A stretch of 64,000 bases of DNA. It comes from Felis catus (Eukaryota). The translations under genes and the position numbers were made by a program. This document shows, piece after piece, positions 39,644-50,890 of this stretch (positions are counted from its first letter, which is position 1; each line of letters begins with the position of its first letter). The notes under the pieces are model-generated. The model made no database searches and was not told the origin of the DNA. It was given only the letters and a program-made list of their open reading frames with translations. The stretch is taken from NCBI RefSeq assembly GCF_018350175.1, contig NC_058368.1, forward strand, positions 158,040,001 through 158,104,000. The letters run 5' to 3'.

Positions 39644-39683
39644 GTGGTTTTGGAAATAGAGGAGGGAAGAGAAATAGATTTTA

Positions 39684-39899
39684 TTTATTTATTTAATAAA
39701 ATTATAATGTTTATTTATTTTTGAGAGTCAGAGTGTGAGCTGGAGAGGGGCAGAAAGAGAGGGAGACACAGAACCCGAGCAGGCTTCAGGCTCTGAGCTG
39801 TCAGCACAGAGCCTGATGCGAGGCTCAAACCCACAAACCGCCATATCATGACCTGAGCTGAAGTTGGATGCTTAGCTGACTGAGCCACCCAGTCGCCCT
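39684..39899 (-). mobile_element. Can-SINE (felid type)
   Basis: Perfect TSD gagaaatagatttta. Confidence 0.96.
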
Positions 39900-40376
39900 G
39901 AGAAATAGATTTTAAAGGAAAAATGGTCATAGTTTGTTGTCTGCAAAAGGCAGAAATTAAGATGAATCCAATAACTAGAGCCCAGAGGACAAGTACCTAA
40001 AGGTCCTCCCAGAGAAACAGTGGTCTCAGGTCTCTGACCTGAGCCCAGTGAGGTAGCAGGCAACGTGGAAAGTAATGGAATGAGCCTTTGGGTGTACCAA
40101 GTGTAAACAAAAACTAAACAAAGTCATAACTAAGATAAAGTCAGGTAAAATACCTAACTGAACTGTCAACCTGAAAACTTAGGCAGAGATCCTAGATCCA
40201 TATAAAAGCCATAACTCAGATACCAGAGGTATCAGGCAGAGAAAGAGACTACTGAATGTAAAGGCCTGGGGAAAATATACAGCACAAAATAATACAGTAA
40301 AAAACAAACTTAAGTAACTCAGTAAGCACAGTAAATTTACAGGGAAAAACTCTTCCTTTAAAAGATAAATATTAGA

Positions 40377-40618
40377 CTCTTAAATACAAAGAACACACTG
40401 AGGGTTGATGGGGGGCAGGGGAGAGGGGAAAATGGGTGATGGGCATTACAGAGGGCACTTGTGGGGATGAGCACTAGGCGTTGTATGTAAGCGATGAATC
40501 ACGTGAATCTATCCCCAAAACCAAGACTACACTGTATATACTGTACGTTAGCCAACTTGACAATAAATTATGTTAAAAAAATTTAAAAGTAGTGGACTCC
40601 CTCCTCCAAAAAAAAAAA
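40377..40618 (+). mobile_element. Carnivore/felid L1 3' end with a double A-tail
   Basis: ctgagggttgatgggggg...gatgagcacta...caacttgacaataaa; TSD aaatattaga (40367-40376, 40616-40625). Confidence 0.92.
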
Positions 40619-40744
40619 TATTAGAATTGTAAATTAAAAAAAAAATCTTACCTATGAACAATTAACCAGAGACATGCCTAAATGGTAGGTATGAAGGCAT
40701 AAACTTGTCACACCACTTTAATACCAATCAAAAGAACACCAGTG

Positions 40745-41676
40745 CAAAAAATTAAAAATAGAACTACTGTATGATCCAGGAATTTTACTTTAGGATATAT
40801 ATCTTAAGGATATATATATATACTATATAAGAGATATCTATATAAGAGATATATATAGATATAGATATAGATGATATAGATAGATATAGATATAGATATA
40901 GATATAGATATAGATATAGATAGATATCTATATAAGAGATATATATAGATAGATATCTATCTATATATAGAGATCTATATATAGATCTATATATAGATAG
41001 ATATCTATCTATATAAGAGATATCTATACCCCCTTGTTCACTGCAGCATTATTCACAATAGCCAAGACATGGACCTAAGTGTCCATTGACAGATGAATGG
41101 ATAAAGAAAATGTATTATTTATACATGAAGGAATATTATTCAGGCGTTAGAAAAAGAGAAAACCCTGCCATTTGTGACAACACAGATGGACCTTGATGAC
41201 ATTACACGAAGTGAAGTAAGTCAGACAGAGGAACACAAATATTGTATGAGCTCACATAGGAAAGCTAAAAAGACAGAACTCATAAAAACAGAATAGATTG
41301 GTGGTTGCCAGGTGCTGAGGGGTGGGGGGAAGTGAAATGTTCGTCCCAGAGTATAAGCTTCCAGGTGTAAGATGAATAAATTCTGGGGGTATAATGTGCA
41401 ACATGGTGACTATAGTTAACTGTACTGTGTTGTATACTTGAAAGTTACTAAGCGAGTAGATCTTAAATATTCTCACCACACATACACACACACACAACAC
41501 ACATATAGTTACAAATAGGGTAACTATTTGAGGTGACGCATATGCTGGCTAACCTTATTGTAATCATTTGGCGATATATGTGTATCACATCATCACATTG
41601 CATACCTTTAGACTTACACAATGCTATATGTCAATTATAGCTCAACAAAGCTGGAGAAAGAAAGAGAAAAAAACAC
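40745..41676 (+). mobile_element. L1MA9-like 3' fragment
   Basis: gcagcattattcacaatagccaagacatgg...gtcaattatagctcaacaaagctgg; TSD-like caaaagaacac on both sides. Confidence 0.88.
40795..41028. repeat. Complex (TA)/(GATA)/(GATATA) microsatellite with internal palindromes
   Basis: Direct reading; expanded from the L1 aagagatatct motif. Confidence 0.95.
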
Positions 41677-42399
41677 AAAAGAACACTTGTGTAATAACAT
41701 CAATATCTGACAATTTATTTTAAGGCATAAAAGCATTACCATGAATAAAAACAGTAATCACATAATCATAATAGGTTTAATTCACCAGAAAGATATAAAA
41801 ATACTTAACAATAGCCATAAAACTGCAAAAATATTCCAGAAGAAAATTTTTTTTTCTACAGGTTAAATAAACAAATGAACAAAATGAACAAATGAACAAA
41901 AAAAAAGAAATGAATAAATCCACCATCAGAATGGAAGTGTTAATACAATCTTACAGTAATTTTTTAAGGCAAAACCATCAGTAAGGACTTAGAAGATTTA
42001 GAAAAACACAATTAGCGAGATTGATCCAATAATCCCATCATGTAATTTAACCTTTTCTTTACCACAGTACCCATAACCCAAATCCTGTTCTTCAAATCCC
42101 TTATTCTATCCCTGTCCCAACCCAGAAAAACAACACATAATTCTACATTCTTGCCTTGACTCACATTGCTGTCCAGCCTCCAAAGGGATGGAGTATCTTG
42201 ACATGTATTTTCATGTATTTTTCTCTGGTTGTGTTCCTCTTCATTCGTATTATTTGGACTAGGTTGTAAATTGATTGATGGAAGAAATATGGTTCTAAAT
42301 TTAGCAAGATCTCAGCTGAGGACTGATTTCATTTTTTTTTTTAACTAAAGACATTTAATTTGAAGAATTTCTTTCATTTTAATTAAATCCATTTATTTA

Positions 42400-43370
42400 A
42401 ATTAAGATTAAGTTTCTTTGTTTTAATTAAAAAGTAATGATAGTCATTGTTACAGGTGAATAATCCAAAGAAAATTTAATCCTTTCCTACTCTCTCCCTT
42501 CCTTAAGGTAGTCAAGATTACCTAGTTATGTCTCTCTGTCTATCCAAACTTATTTACTCATATATTTTTGGTGAGAAGGGATGGGAGTTTATATTTATTA
42601 CTAAATATTTGATCTACTATACATGACTTAGAAACTTTTACACACTTAACAGACCACGGAAATTTTTGTCCAGATTAATAAATATGGCTTCAACTAATTC
42701 CTTTTAGTATCTGCATGATACTTTATAACATAGATGTAGCATAATTCTTCATTCCTCCTTTATTGATGGTTTTGGGTTGTTTCCAGTTTTTCCACCACCC
42801 AAGATGCTGGTGCTTTTTATTTCTGTAGGGTAGTGGGAATTCAGGGGTCTTTTTGTTTTTCTTTAAAAGAGTTTTTCAGGGCACCTGGGTGGTTTAGTTG
42901 GTTAAAGTGTCTAACTTTGGCTCAGGTCATGATCTCCCAGTTTCTAAGTGTGAGCCCCACATCAGGCTCTCTGCTCTCAGCACAGGGCCTGCTTCAGACC
43001 CTCTGTCCCCCTCTCTCTCTGCTCCTCCCCTGCTCGTTCTCATTCTCTCTCTCTCTCTCCTTCAAAATAAATAAATAAACTTACCAAATAAATAAAATAA
43101 AATAAGAGCTTTTCATTGCCTTACTAAAGGGCTGTTGTCATTTACATTCCCACTAGTAATACATTGAAGGGCTTGCTCTCTGCCTTTGGAGTACTATCAG
43201 ACATTTTAATTTTTGACAATCTGAAATGTGAAAACTGGTATGTCATTGTTCACATTTCCATAGTTAACAGGGGTGTGCAGCCTTTTTATATATTAACTGT
43301 AATTTATATGTCCTTGTCTGTGAGTTGCCTGTTTACATTCTTTGCCCATTTTTCTATTTTTGTCTTAAAA
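42400..43370 (-). mobile_element. L1ME-like relic
   Basis: tattgatggttttgggttgtttccagttt; tttacattcccactag; gtgagttgcctgtttacattctttgcccatttttcta. Confidence 0.7.
42878..43103 (+). mobile_element. Can-SINE
   Basis: TSD aagag(t/c)ttttca. Confidence 0.95.
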
Positions 43371-43399
43371 AATACTTATCGGCAATATTTTCTTCTATG

Positions 43400-44034
43400 T
43401 GAAATGGAAGCGGAGGGGTGGCCCGCACAACTCCCCTTTGGTCTGTATTAATAGAGTTTTGCCTCAAGCCTCCCTTTCACTTTGGCTATGAAGACACGGG
43501 TCCATCTCTTTGAGAAGTTGAATGCTTCCATTAAAAAAGAAAGAAAGAAAGAAAAGAGAAAGGAGGAGGAAGGCACTTTCCCACATCACATAATCCTCTT
43601 TGCTATCCGTGAAGCCTGCTGCGGCTGCACAATTCATGTGGGATTTCTATTCCAGCAACCAAAGAGCAGGGCATAAAACCCACCTGCAGAGACGCGGCAG
43701 TCTGGAGTGCCAATGTTCAGGAACCATCCGTTCAATGTCATGCTGCTCTGTTGAAAACCGTGGACTCCTTCTGATAGTCTCACTTGAGGGAATAGAAGCC
43801 CCAAGGGTAGCAGCCAAACGGCCTGGCTCTCGGCCTCCCGTAACCATGCTTTTATCTCACCCTTTCGAACACTTCTGCAATACTTAGCTTTTCTTCCCCA
43901 GCCCTGCACCCCATTTTCATATTTCATAAGAGTGCCTCACGCACATTCCTAACAGCTTCAAGCTGGTTTTTCAAAAGTAGGAAACAAATGGAAAAGAAAT
44001 CTCATCTTGCCAGCTGATATGGCTGTAGCAGGCT

Positions 44035-44094
<60 letters not shown>

Positions 44095-44600
44095 TAGAGT
44101 CAGTCTTAAGGCTGCAGGGGGGCTGACACTCAGGGCAGGAGGCAGCTGTCCGCCTTTATGAAAACGCCACCTTGACCAGCGCCTGCTTTTTTTGAGGGCT
44201 GGTTGACTATCGTTCAAACGCAGGACCCATGACCCCTGCTCCGCTGCTTTTTGTCCCCAAGCACCCTCAGCACACCAGTCGTGGGGAGGAGATTAAAGGC
44301 GCGCCACCAGCCCCCAGCCCACCTCTCCCTCCTCTCCCCCACTTCGTCTGGCCCTCTGGCTTCTCTTTAAAAGGCTTCGGCGGCACATCCAGTGCAGCAC
44401 AGTGATTGTTTGTCTCCTCTCATTTCCCATGCGTGGTGGCAGTTCATCCTCCGATCCTGTCACAAAGTCCTCCCGAGACTCCCCCGAGAGGATGACACGG
44501 ATGTGCGTGCATATTTCCACCCACACACAGACCAGCTGGAAGTGTCGGATGGTAGCTGTGTTTGAGCAAATATTAATTTCTCCAGGAGCAGATTTTAAAT
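43400..44600. promoter_or_regulatory. CpG-enriched unique block; putative promoter / first-exon region
   Basis: About 34 CpGs in about 1.15 kb by hand count, far above the rest of the non-SINE sequence; higher GC; GGCGCGCC; several CAGCTG E-boxes; free of interspersed repeats. Confidence 0.6.
44039..44088. repeat. (GA)n microsatellite, about 25 units
   Basis: Direct reading. Confidence 0.97.
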
Positions 44601-44739
44601 TTAAATCATATCCTAAGAATATAGTTTGTCTTTAGGAAACTTTTTCTTGAATCAAATACGTGTTGTTGTTGTTGTTGTTATTTTAATCTTAAGGGAAGAT
44701 CACTCCCTAAATGGTTTCTTTCTTTCCCTCCTGTAAGAC

Positions 44740-45320
44740 CTTTATTGAGGGATAAGTTATCCATACAATGCACCCATTTTAAGTGTACAATTTGCAGAGT
44801 TTGGGCAAACGTATGCAGTTGGGCAGCTGTCCCCACAACCTGGTGTTAGAGCAGTTGAGTCACCTCAGAACTCCGGTCTTGCTTCTGGTAGTCAGCTCCT
44901 GCTCTTACTTCCAGCCCAGGCAACAACTGACCTGCTTTCAGTCTCTATAGTCTGTCTTTTCTAGAAATTTCGTGTAAATGGAATCACATAATATATAGTC
45001 CTTCGTGTCTAGCTTCTCTGACTTAGCATAATGTTTTTGAGATTCATCCACACTGTTGTGTGTCTCAATACTTTGTTCTTTTTCTATGGTTGGATAGTGC
45101 TCCACTGTGTGGATATAGCACATTTTCTTTACCCATCTACCAGCTGATGGACATTTGGGTTGTGTCAGGTTTTTGACTATGGTGTCTCCACTGTGAACAT
45201 TTGCATATGAGTCATTTTGTGGACGTATGTTTTCATTTCTCTTGGGTAAACTGCAAGTTGTAGAACTTCTGGATCATATGATATGGTAAGTATATGTTTA
45301 ACTCCCTAAAACACTCACTG
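44740..45320 (-). mobile_element. L1MB-like 3' region
   Basis: ctttattgagg...cacccattttaagtgtacaa...aatggaatcacataatat...ttgagattcatcca. Confidence 0.87.
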
Positions 45321-45323
45321 CCC

Positions 45324-45543
45324 GGGCACCTGGGCAGCTCAGTCAGTTAAGCATCTGACTTCAGCTCAGGTCATGATTTCACAGTTCATGGGTTCGAGCC
45401 CTTTGTTGGGCTCTGTGCTGACAACTCAGAGCCTGGAGCCTGCTGCAGATTCTGTGTCTCCCTCTCTCTCTGACCTTCTCCTGTTCATGTTCTGTCTCTC
45501 TCTCTCTCTCAAAAATAAATAATAAACATTGAAAAAATAAAAA
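45324..45543 (+). mobile_element. Can-SINE (felid type)
   Basis: gacttcagctcaggtcatgat...ctcagagcctggagcctgc; A-tail. Confidence 0.95.
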
Positions 45544-45581
45544 TGAGAAACAAAATACTGCCAACCTTCAAACAAATTCTT

Positions 45582-47660
45582 TTTTTTTAATATATGAAAT
45601 TTATTGTCAAATTGGTTTCCATACAACACCCAGTGCTCATCCCAAAAGGTGCCCTCCTCAATACCCATCACCCACCCTCCCCTCCCTCCAACCCCCCATC
45701 AACCCTCAGTTTGTTCTCAGTTTTTAACAGTCTCTTATGCTTTGGCTCTCTCCCACTCTAACCTCTTTTTTTTTTTTTCCTTCCCCTCCCCCATGGGTTT
45801 CTTTTAAGTTTCTCAGGATCCACATAAGAGTGAAACCGTATGGTATCTGTCTTTCTCTGTATGGCTTATTTCACTTAGCATCACACTCTCCAGTTCCATC
45901 CACGTTGCTACAAAAGGCCATATTTCATTTTTTCTCATTGCCACATAGTATTCCATTGTGTATATAAACCACAATTTCTTTATCCATTCATCAGTTGATA
46001 GACATTTAGGCTCTTTCCATAATTTGGCTATTGTTGAGAGTGCTGCTATAAACATTGGGGTACAAGTGCCCCTATGCATCAGTACTCCTGTATCCCTTGG
46101 ATAAATTCCTAGCAGTGCTATTGCTGGGTCATAGGGTAGGTCTATTTTTAATTTTCTGAGGAACCTCCAGACTGCTTTCCAGAGCGGCTGCACCAATTTA
46201 CATTCCCACCAACAGTGCAAGAGGGTTCCCATTTCTCCACGTCCTCTCCAGCATCTATAGTCTCCTGATTTGTTCATTTTGGCCACTCTGACTGGCGTGA
46301 GGTGATACCTGCGTGTGGTTTTGATTTGTATTTCCCTGATGAGGAGCGACATTGAACATCTTTTCATGTGCCTGTTGGCCATCTGGATGTCTTCTTTAGA
46401 GAAGTGTCTATTCCTGTTTTCTGCCCATTTCTTCACTGGGTTATTTGTTTTTCGGGTGTGGAGTTTGGTGAGCTCTTTCTAGATTTTGGATACTAGCCCT
46501 TTGTCCTATATGTCATTTGCAAATATATTTTCCCATTCCATTGGTTGCCTTTTAGTTTTGTTGGTTGTTTCCTTTGCTGTGCAGAAGCTTTTTATCTTCA
46601 TAAGGTCCCAGTAATTCACTTTTGCTTTTAATTCCCTTGCCTTTGGGGATGTGTCGAGTAAGAGATTGCTATGGCTGAGGTCAGAGAGGTCTTTTCCTGC
46701 TTTCTCCTCTAAGGTTTTGATAGTTTCCTGTCTCACATTCAGGTCCTTTATCCATTTTGAGTTTATTTTTGTGAATGGTGTGAGAAAGTGGTCTAGTTTC
46801 AACCTTCTGCATGTTGCTGTCCAGTTCTCCCAGCACCATTTGTTAAAGAGGCTGTCTTTTTTCCATTGGATGTTCTTTCCTGCTTTGACAAAGATGAGTT
46901 GGCCATACGTTTGTGGGTCTAGTTCTGGGGTTTCTATTCTATTCCATTGGTCTCTGTGTCTGTTTTTGTGCCAATACCATGCTGTCTTGATGATGACAGC
47001 TTTGTAGTAGAGGCTAAAGTCTGGGATTGTGATGCCTCCTGCTTTGGTCTTCTTCTTCAAAATTCCTTTGGCTATTCGGGGCCTTTTGTGGTTCCATATG
47101 AATTTTAGGATTGCTTGTTCTAGTTTCGAGAAGAATGCTGGTGCAATTTTGATTGGGATTGCATTGAATGTGTAGATAGCTTTGGGTAGTATTGACATTT
47201 TGACAATATTTATTTTTCCAATCCATGAGCAGGGAATGTCTTTCCATTTCTTTAAATCTTCTTCAATTACCTTCATAAGTTTTCTATAGTTTTCAGCATA
47301 CAGATCTTTTACATCTTTGGTTAGATTTATTCCTAGGTATTTTATGCTTCTTGGTGCAATTGTGAATGGGATCAGTTTCTTTATTTGCCTTTCTGTTGCT
47401 TTAGTGTTAGTGTATAAGAATGCAACTGATTTCTGTACATTGATTTTGTATCCTGCAACTTTGCTGAATGCATGTATCAGTTCTAGCAGACTTTTGGTGG
47501 AGTCTATCGGATTTTCCATGTATAATATCATGTCATCTGCAAAAAGCGAAAGCTTGACTTCATCTTTGCCAATTTTGATGCCTTTGATTTCCTTTTGTTG
47601 TCTGATTGCTGATGCTAGAACTTCCAGCACTATGTTAAACAACAGTGGTGAGAGTGGGCT
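45582..47660 (-). mobile_element. Young felid L1, 5'-truncated (about 2.1 kb)
   Basis: Perfect TSD acaaattctt (45572-45581, 47661-47670); poly(A), 3' UTR, ORF2 C-terminal half. Confidence 0.98.
45813..47660 (-). pseudogene. L1 ORF2p remnant (C-terminal RT with FADD motif, plus C-terminal domain)
   Basis: [10 protein letters not shown]...[11 protein letters not shown]...YLGINL; single reading frame with two TAG stops (46506-46508, 46479-46481); Cys-rich motif reads CWRGR..HCWWEC. Confidence 0.95.
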
Positions 47661-47811
47661 ACAAATTCTTAAGAAAAAATATTTACTTGTCATTTTCAAG
47701 GTTGTATTTGCCATGAAATTACCCAACCTAAAAAATAAATAAATAAAAACTCCGAGAATTATTTGCCAAAGTTGTTAAAAATGGGATCCTGGGCAATAAA
47801 AGTAAGAACTA

Positions 47812-47937
47812 GGGGCGCCTGGGTGGCTTAGCGGGTTAAGCATCCAACTCTTGATTTCGGCTCAGGTCATGATCTCATGGTTCGTGAGTTCAAGCCCCAC
47901 ATCAGACTCTGTGGTCACAGTGTGGAACCTCCTTGGG

Positions 47938-47990
<53 letters not shown>

Positions 47991-48089
47991 TTCCCTCTCT
48001 CTCTCTCTCTCTCTCTCTCCCACCCTCCCTCCCTCCCTCCCACACTGTTTCTCTCTCTCTCAAAATAAATAAGTAAACTTAAAAAAAAA
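47812..48089 (+). mobile_element. Can-SINE with long (CT)n
   Basis: ggggcgcctgggtggct head; TSD aaaagtaa(ca)gaacta. Confidence 0.96.
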
Positions 48090-48539
48090 GTAACAGAACT
48101 AAGGAAAGGGAATATTCTTAAATCCTGTTCCATTCCTACTGTCTTTAGCCAAGAGGCCTTCTTTAGAACTCTGCCAACAACAAAAAAAATACAGTATCAC
48201 CACTGACTATTAGTCCTTTTATCTCTCCTTCCCTTGCCCCACCTCCAAGGGCTACAGCTGAAGGTGCCATTTTCAGACTTATTTACCTAGAGAACTCAGT
48301 TGAGTATTCTGAAGGGACAGAAACAGAGGATCCTGGATGCACAGATCTTGCTGATCCTATAGCCACTAGCATGATGGAAGCTGCTAGAAAGTGCTTCATC
48401 AACAGAGCACCTAGGGGCTTTCTGAGGCTCTTGAATGCATGCAAAGTGATAGGCCAGGATGTCCCTGATCTTGTGGTAACTGTGGATTCTGGATCCCTGG
48501 GAGCAGAGGTGAGGCTAGACTCTACCCTGGCAGTTCGGG

Positions 48540-48990
48540 ATGATAAGGCCACAGCCTCAGACAAGGAAGACAATTTTCAGTTCCAATTCTGCCACTTACA
48601 AGTTTTTTGACCTTAAGCAAATTAACTTTTATAATTTTCAGTTTTTATCTAAAGGATTGCTGTAAGAATTAACAAGATAATTATAGAATGTGATTCATAT
48701 AAGCTCTTTGATGGCAGGGAATCTTTATATGGATCTCTGGAGCCTAGAGCAGTGCCAGATGCATAGTAGGTGTTCAGTAAACATTTACAGAATGACTAAA
48801 GTACTTAGCATAATACCGGGAGAGATTATTCATTTATTCACTCATTCAATCTTCTGTTTATTATTTATTGAGCACCTACTACATGTTTGTCAAAAGCTAA
48901 GCTGAGCCACTGAATATCAGAGTAGCTGATTAAGACAAGTCGAAATGAAACAGTGAAACGTTAATCACTTACTGTGATAAAACACACAAG
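48540..48990. mobile_element. MIR and L2 relic cluster
   Basis: tgaccttaagcaaatta; ataagctctttgatggcagggaa; tatttattgagcacctactacatg. Confidence 0.65.
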
Positions 48991-50649
48991 AAGTTACACT
49001 GCAGAAAACATCAATTTCCTCACTGTTCCATTTTCCCCCAAAGAATGACATCATTGAGGGTTAGGTGGGTTGGCACAGACATGAAGTATTATCTCACTAT
49101 CAGGAGAGTCCTGGTCAAAAGACTCCTGCCATCTTATGGACCTGATAGCCATGGGGGTGGGAGGGCGGGAAGGCAGAGGGGAAAGAGCTAGAAGTGAAAA
49201 AGTACTGAGTACTGAGTAGAGTAGAGAAAAGTAGTCTTCAAGTTTTGTCTCCCCTCCTCTCCTTGGGAGGTCCCTGCAGAGGCCTTTGAGAAGGCCTCTA
49301 CCTGAGGGCTTCACTGATAAAGAGGCCTGCAAATGTAGTCTCCTGGCTAGGAATAGAGATGTGTGTAAGAGCGTGACCAGCCAGGGGGCCTGTGTCCTAG
49401 ACTGCACTCCCTTCAGAGACTGCAGTACGTGGCTGTGCACCAAGACTAATGTGGGGAGGACAGCTTTTCTCTATCAGGCCTGCCAGGTAAAGCCTTTGTA
49501 AATGTCTATGGTTGGGCATGAAAAAGCACACACAGGTTTTGAGCCAGGAGCCAATCTCCCCAAAGTTGCTATTAGAGTGGATATGGTCTCTGTCCTCACA
49601 AAAGCATGCATACTGTTGAGTAGGCACACCGTAAACAGGTAAACAAATAATATACAATTGATGGATTATGACGAGGGCCCTGCTGTGTGTATGTGTTAGG
49701 GGTGGAGAATCCAGAGTCCATAGAGGGAGAAGAGCAAGATGTCCCTACCTTAGCCTGAGTGCTCAATCTAGCCCCCTCAGAGGCGCTATCTGAGCTGAGA
49801 ACTGAAGATGAGAAGGAGCCAGCCAAACTGAGGGCAGGGAGAGGAATTGGGAGAGGTCAAGCACACAAGCTAAATGAATATCCATTTGTTCCTCCTTTTG
49901 TTGCATCAGCTTTAACTAATTATTGCGGCTATGCTTGAGGGGGCACATGAGACTTCTGCTGGGCCTCATTCAAAACTGTACAGCCCACCAGTTTATAACA
50001 ATTTTTTTCTTTGATATACAAAATTGGTGCATCCAATAAAATCTATCTGTGGTAATACAGATCTCAAACACACATGAGTCAGATGTTCCTAGTATCTACA
50101 AAGTCTTCGATAAATTTGGATGAACCTCCATTGTGTAGCTTTATGGAAAGAACCAAAAGAATAGGTTTAGCTAAAATTCCTTGGTGATCTTGCTCCTTCT
50201 TTGAATACTAGAGACTGGAGGTGCTACAGAAAACAATGGTTACTTTTGACTTTAGGGAGGAGAGATGGGTCTGTGGTTATTTTCCAGAGGACTCTGGAGG
50301 GTTCCCTGTACTCACGAGTCTGTCCTTTGTTAGTCTCTGACACAAAGTTCATTGTCAAAAATGAGCTGGGCCTTTTGGTAATTGTGAAAGGCCATCTACA
50401 TATAGTGAAAAGCCACTACCGGTTATTATAAATCTTGTTTTTGTCCAAGATTAGTTATCTTTCTAAAAAAAATCCACTCCCTTTCATGATTATTGTTTAC
50501 GGCCAGTTCAAAGGAGCCAATCCATTTCACAAAACCCTAACTTGACGTACCTATTTTTTTTTATTTTGTTTTTAGGATGTATTTGCATAAGATTGGATTG
50601 AAGCACTGAGCTATTTATATCCCTGATTTGTTATTTGTTAAAATAAGGA

Positions 50650-50890
50650 TATTATGCTGTGAAAGGAGAATAGACTTAGGAGTGAGGCAGACATGAGTTT
50701 TAATTCTGACTCTACCTGCTCTCAGTTGCATAACTTCAGGTGGGCAACTTCCTTGCGACCTTGGCCCTTAGTTTCTTCACAATTGCATTCACAACCTTTC
50801 ACTGGGATGTTGTAAAGATAAAAGATAATTTTTTTAGAGTCCCTGGCATGTAGTATGTGCTTAATAAATGGTAGCTATTATTATCAGTAA
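50650..50890 (+). mobile_element. MIR
   Basis: ggagtgaggcagacatgagttttaattctgactct...cctggcatgtagtatgtgcttaataaatggtagctattatta. Confidence 0.8.

Larger units (their letters stand above)
39400..39945 (-). mobile_element. L2 relic hosting the U2 fragment and a SINE
   Basis: Degenerate antisense L2 motifs either side of the two inserts. Confidence 0.5.
40300..42030 (+). mobile_element. Ancient L1M (start of ORF2), host of two younger L1 insertions
   Basis: Degenerate EN-region motifs resume after each insert (ttcaccagaaagatataaaaat; catcagtaaggacttagaagattta). Confidence 0.6.

Noticed and set aside
2143..43370. L1 orientation bias as evidence of host-gene direction
   Set aside because: Plus and minus L1 fragments are about equally frequent, so no direction can be inferred.
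46651..47742. Plus-strand ORFs of 118 and 141 aa
   Set aside because: Antisense shadows of L1 ORF2.
48283..48610. Overlapping 96-aa and 79-aa ORFs in unique-looking sequence
   Set aside because: They run into a MIR, lack clear splice or start context and resemble nothing I recognise.
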